Assembly: GCA_002269645.1 (NCBI GenBank)
Contig: NIVC01002150.1
Span: 124,001-188,000 of the forward strand
DNA length: 64,000 bases
Direction: 5' to 3'
DNA from: Macrostomum lignano
Taxonomy: Eukaryota
The stretch's first letter is position 1; every line of letters starts with the position of its first letter. The notes beneath the pieces are model-generated. The model worked only from the letters and a program-made list of their open reading frames with translations. It made no database searches and was not told the origin of the DNA. The position numbers and the translations under genes were made by a program. Below, piece by piece: positions 25,401 through 37,554 of the stretch.

Positions 25401-28400
25401 GCTAATCTATTCTGCAATAGTAATGCTAGCTGTATGAGCAATTTTAAGAACCAATCAACTCCACAGGTGGCAATGGAGCGCGACCTGCTTGACACCAGGC
25501 TAAGAGAAGCGCAGAATGCTCAACGTGCGCTCACTGGCGAACTGGGCGATCTGCACGATCGCTATGACGAGTGCCTCGGCATGCTGGACGAAGCGCAGCA
25601 GGAGATTCGCGCGTTAAAAAAGCGCCAAAAATCGTTGCGACTTGGCGCCGCCGGTGCTCATCTATTGGCTCCGCCGTCTGCCGCGGCCGCTACCACCGCC
25701 GACGCTTCCTCTGTGGCCGCTTCCGGGGCCCGCCTGTTGCCGATGCACGCACCGGCTGTGCCGCCGCCGTACGAGCAGAGCCTCATGAGCGAGCTGGAGA
25801 TGAGCTCGGCTAGGGTCGGCGGCGATCATCGGATGTGAGCGAGCTTTTGGGGAGTTGCTGGGACTGCTGTTATAAAGTACACGGGGCTCTGATGAAGCTT
25901 GTGGAATTCTATGGAAATTCTAAGGATGTCTTTAGGATTCTCTGATTGGTTGGTGAATAAGTCAATGGGATTCTCTGATTGGTCGTGAATAAGTCAATGG
26001 GATTCTCTGATTGGTTGGTGAATAAGTCAATGGGATTCTCTGATTGGTTGGTGAATAAGTCAATGGGATTCTCTGATTGGTCGGTGAATAAGTCAATGGG
26101 ATTCTCTGGTTGGTCGGTGAATAAGTCAATGGGATTCTCTGATTGGTTGGTGAATAAGTCAATGGGATTCTCTGATTGGTCGGTGAATAAGTCAATGGGA
26201 TTCTCTGATTGGCCAGCAAAGAAGAAACCAGTAAAATTTGTGCCATCCCACCCTCCCCAGCGCGGACAATCTCAAGGCCTTGGAGACGGTCAAGATAGTC
26301 AAAAGTGCCGCCGCCCAGGGCCTGCACGGCAGAGCTGGCATCAGGCCGACAGGCGCTGCCGCCGGCATAGCCCTCACCAGCACTAGCTTAGGCTACGCCA
26401 CTACTCTCCGCGATCCTGTTGTTGCTATGGCGTCATTGGTTACACCTGGCGACGAGGAGCAGCGCAGCGGGGCGGCCAGTTCCGGCTATCGAGACGAATG
26501 CCTGTCAGAGTGAGTTTTTAGGGAGGCTGCTTGGGGATCAGCATTCATATTGATGTTGGCTTTGCGCTGATTGATATATTCATATTTGTGTCTTCAGGTT
26601 TTCTAGTGACGTTTAAGATTTCCAAAAAATGCTCATTTCCTTACAAGCTGCACATTCCCCTGCAAACTGCACATTCCCCTGCAAACTGCACATTCCCCTG
26701 CAAACTGCACATTCCCCTGCAAACTGCACATTCCCCTGCAAACTGCACATTCCCCTGAAAACTGAACATTCCCCTAAAGACTGCATATTCCCTAAGCTGA
26801 ACATTCTTCAAACTGTACATTCCCTGAGCTGAACTATTTTCAATGTAGCAGTTAGAATTACAATTAGATTTTTTGAATTATTTCTGTTCCAGTCGCATGA
26901 TGAAGCTGGAGTCTTATCTTACTCAGCCGTGGAAGTCTCTATTCAGGTTGGGCATAATTAAGCTTAGTTTTGTCTAATTTCTAATTTACAAAATAAGACT
27001 TCAATTCCAATTGAGGTGCAGATATCATCGGTGGTGATCTGAGAAATCTAACTGGCACAATTTCAATGGAATTTCACTTGATTGCGAGCTTAAAAGTGGT
27101 GACTTTTGTTACTCATTATCACGCTTTGGGTCGGCTTCCTCTGATCTTTCTTTAAGTCTTGATCAGTGTTCTTTCGCTAATCTCAACCTGTTTGAAAAAC
27201 TTGCGCTAACAGAAGCACTAGTGTCAAATTATACTAGCATTTGCACTACTCTCGCGTGATTTGTTATCATAAATGACTCTTAAATTCTCTCTCATGACCC
27301 TATTCTCTCCCTGACCCTATTCTCTCCCTGACCCTATTCTCTCCCTGACCCTATTCTCTCCCCTGACCCTATTCTCTCCCTGACCCTATTCTCTCCCTGA
27401 CCCTATTCTCTCCCTGACCCTATTCTCTCCCCTGACCCTATTCTCTCCCTGACCCTATTCTCTCCCTGACCCTATTCTCTCCCTGACCCTATTCTCTCCC
27501 TGACCCTATTCTCTCCCTGACCCTATTCTCTCCCTGACCCTATTCTCTCCCTGACCCTATTCTCTCCCTGGCCCTATTCTCTCCCTGACCCTATTCTCTC
27601 CCTGACCCTATTCTCTCCCTGGCCCTATTCTCTCCCTGACCCTATTCTCTCCCTGGCCCTATTCTCTCCCTGACCCTATTCTCTCCCCTGACCCTATTCT
27701 CTCCCCTGACCCTATTCTCTCCCTGACCCTACTCTCTCCCTGACCCTATTCTCTCCCTGACCCTATTCTCTCCCTGACCCTATTCTCTCCCCTGACCCTA
27801 TTCTCTCCCTGACCCTATTCTCTCCCTGACCCTATTCTCTCCCTGACCCTATTCTCTCCCTGGCCCTATTCTCTCCCTGACCCTATTCTCTCCCTGGCCC
27901 TATTCTCTCCCTGACCCTATTCTCTCCCCTGACCCTATTCTCTCCCCTGACCCTATTCTCTCCCTGACCCTACTCTCTCCCTGACCCTATTCTCTCCCTG
28001 ACCCTATTCTCTCCCTGACCCTATTCTCTCCCTGACCCTATTCTCTCCCCTGACCCTATTCTCTCCCTGACCCTATTCTCTCCCCTGACCCTATTCTCTC
28101 CCCTGACCCTATTCCCTTTCGTCCTCTTTCTCAGGTATTTTCATTTCTCTCTTCTCGCTTCCCTCTCTCCCACTTCTTTCTTGTCTTCACCGCCGCTCAC
28201 ACCTGTCGATTCTCCGCCACCGCCACGCAGGTCGCTAAGCGTTGGCAATCTGAGCGAAGCGAACGCCGGCTTCGCCGACATGAACCTGGTGATGAGCAAG
28301 CTCAAAAAGGAGCAGGAGCGACGCCGGAAAGCTGTCACTCAGCGTTACAGGTAAGACGAAAACGTGCAAGTTTCAGATTTGCCAATGTTTAATTTAAAGT

Positions 28401-31400
28401 TCAGTTTCTCTTAAAATAAACTTTATTGGGACCTCGTCAGAGGCAGCTGTCTCGTCTCTCCTCGAGTGGCTGCTTTGAAAGGGTAACTCAACTAAAATAA
28501 TTATCTTTTTTGTTATATTACTCAGCCACTAAGCTACTTATAGTAGTTTTTTATTTCGACCCTCAGTTGGTAATTAGGTCAAGAATTTTGCAGATTCTAT
28601 CATTGCGCTTTCCATTCTCTTCAATCGGTTGGTTGATGATACCCGGGTGTGCAGAAGTGCGCCAAAAACGCTATTTCTTGTTTGTCTTAAAAAAAGCGAA
28701 AAAACGACCCAGAGTCGAACCCGCGACCTTCGAACCCCAGGTACGCATCGGAGCAGTCGGCCGGCTCCACTAGTCCTCTGTCGGCTTCGAATCCCGAGCT
28801 GAGCTCGGCCGGCTCAAGTCCGCCTCGCAACTCGTGGGACGTGGCCGCCGCGGAGCCCGAGGTTGACGAGCCGCATGACGGACTGCCGCCGCCCCAGCAG
28901 CAGCCGCTGGCTCAGCAGCAGCATCATCATCAGCAACAGCAGCCGCAGCCGCAGTCCTCGCTGCAGCAGCATCTGCCGCTGCCGAAAGCGGCCAGCCGCA
29001 TCGGGATGGGCATCGCCCCGGAGAAGCTGCAGCTGGTGAAGCCAATCGAAGGCTCCTTGACGCTGGCACAGTGGCGTAGGCTGGCCACGCCCGGCCTGCA
29101 TGCTGTTGTTGTCGGCGACTTGCCCGGTGTTCAAATACGCGGCGGTCTGGAAGGCGATCCGATGCTCTGCGAACTCATGGGCGATGCGGTCTGCGGCCAG
29201 GGAGAGGCGGATAAGGCGCAGCTCAGCCTCAGCGACATCGAGGAGGACGGTGAGGAACAGCAACAGAGGCTTGCAGATCCATGAGGATTGTATTGAGATC
29301 CATGAGGATTCTATTGAGATCCATGAGGATTCTATTGAAATCCATGAGGATTGTATTGAGATCTATGAGGATTGTATTGAGATCCATGAGGATTCTATTG
29401 AGATCCATGAGGATTCTATTGAGATCCATGAGGATTGTATTGAGATCCATGAGGATTTTATTGAGATCCATGAGGATTCTATTGAGATCCATGAGGATTG
29501 TATTGAGATCCATGAGGATTTTATTGAGATCCATGAGGATTGTACTGAGATCTATGAGGATTGTATTTAGATCCATGAGGATTCTATTGAGATCCATGAG
29601 GATTGTATTGAGATGCATGAGGATTCTATTGAGATCCATGAGGATTCTATTGAGATCCATGAGGATTGTATTGAGATCCATGAGGATTGTATTGAGATGC
29701 ATGAGGATTCTATTGAGATCCATGAGGATTCTATTGAGATCCATGAGGATTGTATTGAGATCCATGAGGATTTTATTGAGATCCATGAGGATTGTACTGA
29801 GATCTATGAGGATTGTATTTAGATCCATGAGGATTCTATTGAGATCCATGAGGATTGTATTGAGATGCATGAGGATTCTATTGAGATCCATGAGGATTCT
29901 ATTGAGATCCATGAGGATTGTATTGAGATCCATGAGGATTGTATTGAGATGCATGAGGATTCTATTGAGATCCATGAGGATTCTATTGAGATCCATGAGG
30001 ATTGTATTGAGATCCATGAGGATTCTATTGAGATCCATGAGGATTGTATTGAGATCCATAAGGATATTAAGATCCATGAGGATTGCATTGAGATCCATGA
30101 GGATTGTATTGAGATCCATGAGGATTGTATTGAGATCCATGAGGATTGTATTGAGATCCATGAGGATTCTATCGCGGCACACCAAAATTCTAGCGAGATC
30201 CGTTAAGATATGTAATTGCAGCATTACCTACATGCAAAATGCCTGTTACATTACATTACCATTACCTACATTAAATGATTAATCATACTTGCTTACAAGC
30301 TCACCATCAATCAAAACGAAAAAAAACTCGCAGACGATTTCTGCCGCATCAAGTTCAAAGACGCCGAGGCCTCCGGCCTGACCTATACATACACTAACTC
30401 GAAGGTGATGCACCCGACTGACAGCTATGAGTTTGCCGCCCCGGCTCCACCTGTCGCTGCCACCTCGCCTTCGGCTGCAGCCGCTGGCAGTGCGTCGAAA
30501 ATCGCTGGTGGCTCCCGGTCGGCGACCACGCTTGTGCCTGACGTGTCCAAGTGAGTGACGCTTCGGTGTGCGTGAGACAAGTAGACTGAGAGAGAGGGGG
30601 TGAGACAGGTAGACTGAGAGAGGGGGTGAGACAGGTAGACTGAGAGAGAGGGGGTGAGACAGGTAGACTGAGAGAGAGGGGGGGTGAGACAGGTAGACTG
30701 AGAGAGAGGGGGTGAGACAGGTAGACGGAGAGAGAGGGGGTGAGACAGGTAGACTGAGAGAGAGGGGGTGAGACAGGTAGACTGAGAGAGAGGGGGGTGA
30801 GACAGGTAGACTGAGAGAGAGGGGGGTGAGACAGGTAGACTGAGAGAGAGGGGGTGAGACAGGTAGACTGAGAGAGAGGGGGGTGAGACAGGTAGACTGA
30901 GAGAGGGGGTGAGACAGGTAGAATGAGAGAGAAGGGGGTGAGACAGGTAGAATGAGAGAGAGGGGGTGAGACAGGTAGACTGAGAGAGAGGGGGGTGAGA
31001 CAGATAGAATGAGAGAGAGGGGGGTGAGACAGGTAGAATGAGAGAGAGAGGGGGGTTAGACAGGTAGAATGAGAGAGAGGGGGGTGAGACAGGTAGAATG
31101 AGAGAGAGGGGGGTGAGACCGTTAGAATGAGAGAGAGGGGGTGAGACAGGTAGACTGAGAGAGGGGGTGAGACAGGTAGAATGAGAGAGAGGGGGTGAGA
31201 CAGGTAGAATGAGAGAGAGAGGGTGAGACAGGTAGAATGAGAGAGAGGGGAGTGAGACCGTTAGAATGAGAGAGAGGGGGTGAGACAGGTAGACTGAGAG
31301 AGGGGGTGAGACAGGTAGACTGAGAGAGAGGGGGTGAGACAGGTAGACTGAGAGAGAGGGGGGGTGAGACAGGTAGACTGAGAGAGAGGGGGTGAGACAG

Positions 31401-32336
31401 GTAGACGGAGAGAGAGGGGGTGAGACAGGTAGACGGAGAGAGAGGAGGTGAGACAGGTAGACTGAGAGAGAGGGGGGTGAGACAGGTAGACTGAGAGAGA
31501 GGGGGGTGAGACAGGTAGACTGAGAGAGAGGGGGTGAGACAGGTAGACTGAGAGAGAGGGGGGTGAGACAGGTAGACTGAGAGAGGGGGTGAGACAGGTA
31601 GAATGAGAGAGAAGGGGGTGAGACAGGTAGAATGAGAGAGAGGGGGTGAGACAGGTAGACTGAGAGAGAGGGGGTGAGACAGATAGAATGAGAGAGAGGG
31701 GGGTGAGACAGGTAGAATGAGAGAGAGAGGGGGTTAGACAGGTAGAATGAGAGAGAGGGGGGTGAGACAGGTAGAATGAGAGAGAGGGGGGTGAGACCGT
31801 TAGAATGAGAGAGAGGGGGTGAGACAGGTAGACTGAGAGAGGGGGTGAGACAGGTAGAATGAGAGAGAGGGGGGTGAGACAGGTAGAATGAGAGAGAGAG
31901 GGTGAGACAGGTAGAATGAGAGAGAGGGGAGTGAGACCGTTAGAATGAGAGAGAGGGGGTGAGACAGGTAGACTGAGAGAGAGGGGGGTGAGACAGGTAG
32001 AATGAGAGAGAAGGGGGTGAGACAGGTAGAATGAGAGAGAGGGGGTGAGACAGGTAGAATGAGAGAGAGGGGGTGAGACAGGTAGACTGAGAGAGGGGGT
32101 GAGACAGGTAGAATGAGAGAGAGGGGGATGAGACCGTTAGAATGAGAGAGAGAGGGTGAGACAGGTAGACTGAGAGAGGGGGTGAGACAGGTAGAATGAG
32201 AGAGAGGGGGTGAGACAGGTAGAATGAGAGAGAGGGGAGTGAGACCGTTAGAATGAGAGAGAGGGGGTGAGACAGGTAGAATGAGAGAGAGGGGGGTTAG
32301 ACAGTTAGAATGAGAGAGAGGGGGTGAGACAGGTAG

Positions 32337-32374
<38 letters not shown>

Positions 32375-33244
32375 GAGACAGGTAGACTGGGAGAGTGGGT
32401 GAGACAGGTGATAATGAGGGAGGCAGAGTAGCGTCAAGGAATTGGAGTCTGTTGGTCTCAGATTTACTCAGGAAGGATGGGGAATTCAAACCTGTCAGTC
32501 ACTAGAAAGCAACTCCTCAGTGTCCTGATGTTCCATTATAATTTCTGCAGAGCTCCGCCGGGCAAGCAGCCACCATTTGCTTTGCAAATCGCCCGCACCC
32601 CGTCTAAACGGTGGCCGCAAGACGACGGCACGTCGACATTTTCGTTGAGCTTCGGCCTCGCCGACGTACTGCGTGAACGCGGCGTCAGGAGCGCCGCCCC
32701 CGACGACATCGCCGCCAGCGCCTCGCTGCACCGGCTGCACCAGCAGCAGCAGCAACTGCCGCGGCGGCAGCGGTCCCGCCAGCCGAGCACCAGCGCCGGC
32801 CTGCCGTCGGCAGACGACGAATCCGCGTCTAGACAGCGATCGGCGTCGTCGTCGGCTTCTTCGACGGCGGACAGCAGCAACGCGGCGGCCTCGGCGTCGG
32901 CCGAAGGCGAGGAGGATGACGAAGCGACGCCGACGCACGACGGTTGGTTTTTGCCGACGCTGGGCGCCGGCCTGAGCGCCACCCTGCGCAACCTGCTGCA
33001 GGGCGTCAGCCTGGTCGCTGGCGGCCCCATGCCGCCGTCGTCCTCTTCGGATTCGTCGACCTCTTCGGCCAGCCCGCCGCTGCCGCCGGCCACCATCGCC
33101 GGATTGAATATCTTCGGCCAGACGACAGTCGAGACTTCTTCGACGGCTAACGCCTCCGCGGCGCCTGGCGCAGTCGGCGGCGGCGGCGGTATTGTTCATC
33201 GGGTGTCGTCGCTGAGCCCGGCTGACCTGGAGCCGCCCAGTTGA
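22489..33244 (+). CDS. TRAK1: Trafficking kinesin-binding protein (TRAK/Milton), about 12 exons
   Basis: Phase-consistent GT-AG exons: 22489-22516 (putative first, MPYRVLYCT), 22728-23035, 23641-23757, 23829-23929, 24358-24673, 25467-25834, 26261-26509, 26893-26946, 28231-28350, 28741-29249, 30334-30550, 32551-33244. HAP1-N motifs (LPRYKLRAD, LDYFLLCG..ISQMTKAYHDIEAVTRLLEE, DLELAARIG, LEEEN..LR, YDECLGMLDEAQQEIR). Milton motifs (PEKLQLVKPIEGSLTL..W, TYTYTNSKVMHP, GLADVLRERGV). TRAK1 and TRAK2 cannot be told apart. Confidence 0.93.
23141..23520. repeat. Intronic minisatellite, 52-bp unit x about 7 (TRAK intron 2)
   Basis: GTACCCTAGCAACTAAATCGGGGGGATATGTAGTTTATAGGACGTTATTGAA. Confidence 0.95.
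23960..24330. repeat. Intronic minisatellite, 30-bp unit x about 12 (TRAK intron 4)
   Basis: CTGTCACAGGAATGATTATCCATTCCCTCT. Confidence 0.95.
24700..25300. repeat. Intronic minisatellite, about 40-bp unit x about 14 (TRAK intron 5)
   Basis: CTAGCCTTTGGCAATGTGCTGGGTATAATGGATTGCTAAT. Confidence 0.95.
25935..26212. repeat. Intronic minisatellite, 33-bp unit x about 8 (TRAK intron 6)
   Basis: GGATTCTCTGATTGGTTGGTGAATAAGTCAATG. Confidence 0.95.
26640..26830. repeat. Intronic minisatellite, 19-bp unit x about 9 (TRAK intron 7)
   Basis: GCACATTCCCCTGCAAACT. Confidence 0.92.
27295..28110. repeat. Intronic minisatellite, 17-18-bp unit x about 47 (TRAK intron 8)
   Basis: TATTCTCTCCCTGACCC. Confidence 0.95.
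29276..30170. repeat. Intronic minisatellite, 21-bp unit x about 42 (TRAK intron 10)
   Basis: GATCCATGAGGATTGTATTGA. A variant block recurs at a 252-bp spacing. Confidence 0.96.
30572..32400. repeat. Intronic purine-rich minisatellite, about 26-29-bp unit x about 65 (TRAK intron 11)
   Basis: GAGACAGGTAGA(C/A)TGAGAGAGAGGGGGT. Variant GACCGTTAG blocks recur at a 679-bp spacing. Confidence 0.96.
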
Positions 33245-33339
33245 TTGACTTGAGGAGTCATGAATTAAAAAAACTGGCTTACTGACTTCTAAAGTAGGAA
33301 TACACGCTCTAGTTACACAAAGTTAGAGAATCGAAGTTT

Positions 33340-33655
33340 CTCTTAATTCGGCCTAAAACGATTTTTATTGGATCGGCCTTAAAAAATCAAAGCTGCCTAA
33401 ATCGGCCTTAAAAACTGAAATTACCTAAATTTACCTTCAAAAATCGATATTATCCTAATCGGCCTTCAAGAATCTAAAATACCTAAATCGGCCTTCAAGA
33501 ATCTAAAATACCTAAACCGGCCCTCAAAGATCAAAATGACCTAACCTAAATCGGCCTTCAAAAACCGAAATTACCTAAATCAACCGATCAAAAATTAATA
33601 TTACCTTAATCGGCCTTCAAAAGTCGAAATTTCCTAAATCGGCCTTCAAAAAACT
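33340..33655. repeat. Degenerate tandem repeat of about 29 bp x about 10, downstream of TRAK
   Basis: CCTAAATCGGCCTTCAAAAATCTAAAATA-like units. Confidence 0.85.
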
Positions 33656-34996
33656 GCCAGTTGATTTGCTGGTTGGAGTCGTGCAGGATAAGATTTATTG
33701 AGACCAAAGCTCACTTTTATTTTTCATCGCTTAGTTTATCGGCTTTTAAAAAACTCCTCACAGTTTGCGTTTCTTAATCTCGTTCATGTTTTGTAACTTT
33801 TTTTAGATTATTTTTTATTTAACTCTTAACTTAGATTAGGGCGTCGCAGCGCCGCGCTTTGCTGTTTGTTTTATCGTAATCGATTGGCGCGTATTTAAAA
33901 TCTATAGTTTTCATATGCGTTCTATTTTAGCCAGTTAATTAGTAGTGTGTATAGGACATGCGCAGGCCCAGTATGTATAGTGAGACTTAATACTAGATGT
34001 AAATAGCCTGTCCATTGCAATTTAATACCTGTGTTTACTCTTAGAATCATGTAAATTTGCAATATGCTTCCGAGCAGATGCATTGCCGCAATCCTGTATG
34101 ATTATTACTATTGGTGATCTCTTAAATGTGCGAATCAGGGGTCGGCAGCGAACTCCGGCCCTCGGGTCTTTTTAACCTTCACTGTGACACTCTAATTGTG
34201 TGACACTAAAATTGCGACATTTCTCGTGCTATGTGACAGATTTTACGGTTCAGATCTGTATTCTTCTACTTTTCTCAGTAGTTTTAGTAAACTTAGTAAG
34301 TCTTAGTAAACTTAATTACGAGGTCTTTGTTTTATCGCTTGTTCGCTCTAGATCGACGCATCTTTGTTTTTGATGCTGATTAAAAAAAGCTTTTGCCTTC
34401 CAGAATCCTGAGTTCTTCTCTGCGTTACTTCAAGTATCTTGATGATGCTCTTTCATGCCGCAACTATTTTAACAGCCAACCATTACATTTGACTAACTGG
34501 ATATTTACAACTCAATATTAGTAAAGACTAATCAGTAGTGTTTGCTGCGCGCTATGTTTTAGATTTAATTGGCCAGTATTCTGTTATGCTTTGTAGATTA
34601 TGGACAAACGTTATAGCTTAATTTTGTGAAAACTTTTGAGTCATCATTGCTGTTTTGCTTTGTAAGCTACTCTTAGTAGCACCAAAGATATCTAACGGAC
34701 GCATCTTGATCAGTGTTTTTAATCGCGTTTAGCTCATGGCTTCGTATAGAAATAGCTTAATTTGCAATAAATACTACTAACGTGTATTCGCTGCTTCTGC
34801 ACTTATATTTTTAAGACTGCACTGAACTCACTGCTGTGTGAGATTGGTGAATCATATATTTTAGTCGTTGCACACTTGCCAGCCTAGCAAAGTAAAAGTT
34901 TCAAGTTGAGTCTAATTGTAGCCTAAATATTTCACTCATTTTTGTTGAGCTGCAGGAGTTCAACTGACATTATAGAGCATCACAATCGTCATTAAT

Positions 34997-35190
34997 GGGG
35001 GGGTTGTAGCCTAGTAGTTAGAGCGTCGGACTCATGACCTGAAGGTTGGGGGTTCGATTCCCGATCCCAGTTTTAACAATGTGTTATCTACAGCAAGACA
35101 CTTAACGCTTCAGTTCGCCCAGCTGTAAAATGGGAGCCAGCATTAGCTGGGGTAATTGAGGCTGTGTGTGGCGACCTCCAGTCCTTGGAC
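34997..35190 (+). mobile_element. tRNA-derived SINE with a CORE-like central domain
   Basis: tRNA-like head with A-box-like TAGCCTAGTAG, CTCATGA loop and B-box GGTTCGATTCCC. It is followed by GCAAGACACTTAAC..CTTCAGTT..CAGCTGTAAAATGGG, which resembles the MIR CORE (GCAAGTCACTTAAC..CCTCAGTTTC..CATCTGTAAAATGGG). Confidence 0.7.
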
Positions 35191-35199
35191 TGAACAGCC

Positions 35200-35890
35200 G
35201 TCAGCTGGGAGTTCAACTGACATTATAGAGCATCGCGGTGTCAGCTGGGAGCTCAACTGATATTATAGAGCATCGCGGTGTCAGCTGGGAGCTCAACTGA
35301 TATTATAGAGCATCGCGGTGTCAGCTGGGAGCTCAACTGATATTATAGAGCATCGCGGTGTCAGCTGGGAGCTCAACTGATATTATAGAGCATCGCGGTG
35401 TCAGCTGGGAGCTCAACTGATATTATAGAGCATCGCGGTGTCAGCTGGGAGCTCAACTGATATTATAGAGCATCGCGGTGTCAGCTGGGAGCTCAACTGA
35501 TATTATAGAGCATCGCGGTGTCAGCTGGGAGCTCAACTGACATTATAGAGCATCGCGGTGTCAGCTGGGAGTTCAACTGACATTATAGAGCATCACAGTG
35601 TCAGCTGGGAGTTCAACTGACATTATAGAGCATCACGGTGTCAGCTGGTGAGTTCAACTGACATTATAGAGCATCACAGTGTCAGCTGGGAGTTCAACTG
35701 ACATTATAGAGCATCGCGGTGTCAGTTGGGAGTTCAACTGACATTATAGAGCATCACGGTGTCAGCTGGTGAGTTCAACTGACATTATAGAGCATCGCGG
35801 TGTCAGCTGGGAGTTCAACTGACATTATAGAGCATCGCGGTGTGAGCTGGTGAGTTCAACTGACATTATAGAGCATCGCGGTGTGAGCTG
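35200..35890. repeat. 40-bp tandem array x about 17 with an internal hairpin
   Basis: GTCAGCTGGGAGCTCAACTGATATTATAGAGCATCGCGGT. One more partial unit lies upstream of the SINE at about 34948-34985. Confidence 0.95.
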
Positions 35891-36015
35891 AGGTCTAAAT
35901 AGGCACAGACATAAAAATACATATGCATGTACGCGTGCACCCTACATACAGTAGCATAATTCAATATTAACTGAGAAAACGCTAAACTACTCAGTGCAGT
36001 AAGTAGTATACAAAG

Positions 36016-37053
36016 TCAGCAAACAGCGCAGCGGCATTCGTCCCGCTCGAAGCTGCACTGCCTCCACCAGGCCTCGTCGGCGATTCGCTCAGCAGTTGTC
36101 GTTGTTGTCGTCCTCGCCAAATCGACCGCCGGTGTCCGCATGAGCAGCAGCTGCTGTTGCTGCTCCCAGTCGTAGCAGCATCTCCGGTTGGTCCGGCACC
36201 AGACCAGGCCGCACCACACGGAGCCGCAGGCGGCCAGGCCAGTGCCAATCAACAGCGCCCAGACTCCGGCCAAGCGGTAGCGCGCGGCTGTCGGCCAACC
36301 GGCGGCGTGCAGCAGCTCGGCCCGGTAGAGGCAGCTGCCGCCCGCTACTATGAGCACCGCGCCAAGCAGCGCCAGGGTCAGGCATTTCGTGTACTGGCGC
36401 CGCCGGCTGAGGACATTGGCGCTGGCGCACCGGCGCTCCTGGCAACGCCGCGTATGGCGCCGCTGTTGGCCTGCCGGACGCCTGCATGGACCATTAAAGT
36501 ACATGTAGTACTCTACACTTGCAAATAGTACAAACCCCGCCGCCGGATGCTACCCTGAGGTTTTCGCTGTGCTCAAAAAAGATGCATTAACAAGTTCAGA
36601 GGTTACGCGCTCGTACATGTTCGAGTTTTTAGTGTATTTTGTCCCATCTTCATCTTATTACTGTTCTTTGGTAGTGTTAAAATTTTAACTTGCTTGCCTG
36701 TCTGTGCAGTGCTGCTGCTGCCGCTGACCAGTCGAACTGCTGCCGTTAACTAGCGCGACGCCAGCTGAGTAGCCGGGCTGCAGACGAGCTCTCTGAGCAC
36801 CATAATTAGCTGCTCTCACTGGCGACAGGCTGTGGAGCTGGGAGGAGACGCGGCTGGCACCAGGCGCCCAGTGCAGCGCGGCCAGTTCGCGCTGCCGGCC
36901 CAGCTGCCTGCTGCAGTGGCAGCAGCTTCTCGTCTGGCGGCAGCGGCAACGCTGATCGCGCGGCTCGGCTGCGAGCGTCAGCTGGTGCTGCGGAAAGTCG
37001 GACGAGTTCGAGCTGGCTGCTGCATGCTTTACTGTCAAACTGCTGTTGAGCAT
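36016..37053 (-). CDS. Candidate orphan two-exon gene encoding a Cys/Arg-rich protein with two TM segments
   Basis: GC-rich ORFs 37053-36698 and 36481-36016 join in phase 2 through a GC-AG intron (AG|GCAAGC ... TGCAG|G). Hydrophobic segments are CLTLALLGAVLIVAGGSCLY and LAGVWALLIGTGLAACGSVWCGLVW. No family recognised and the start codon is uncertain. Confidence 0.45.
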
Positions 37054-37554
37054 TGTTGTTACATACAGGTTTGGATTGACTGCTGCCCGAGCTCAGTGAG
37101 TTCGACATCAATGCACAAATACTAGCCAAATCATGTAGATGCAATATGGCGCTACTATTGGCCAATTCGTCATGATAAGAAATCAAATCTCTTGTTGCTG
37201 CGCGAGGCTTCAACTGCATGAGATCTGTGGCTGGATGCTGCTGGATGGAGCGAATTGTGTAAGCAGCTAACAAGAACGCCCACGCAACAGATCCGGGTTG
37301 CATGCATGCTTGCGCACAGTTTTTAATCTCCCTGCCGAGCTGAAAATGCACTGCATAGATGTAAACTTCGCTTACTGAGATCTATCTATACATGCATGAG
37401 CAAATCTCTGCTTGCTTAGCACTCGATAGGCTGTTGCACCGACGTGTGCCTGTCTGCATTATAATGTTCTTTAATGCAGCTGTTGTAAAACTTTGTACTG
37501 TCTCAATATTAAATTGATCCAAAACTCTGTACTCGTCGCTTAAGGAGGTTATCA

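Noticed and set aside
29229-30282. Long ORFs on both strands (331-333 aa; MRIVLRS / MDLNTIL / IHEDCIE repeats)
   Set aside because: They are translations of a 21-bp minisatellite inside TRAK intron 10, whose flanking exons splice in phase.
34997-35070. Functional tRNA-Met gene
   Set aside because: The acceptor, D and anticodon stems pair poorly, and it runs into a SINE body instead of a T-run terminator.
35200-35890. CRISPR-like appearance of the hairpin 40-bp array (also the 29-bp array at 50050-51375)
   Set aside because: There are no unique spacers and no cas genes, and the context is eukaryotic. These are plain tandem repeats.
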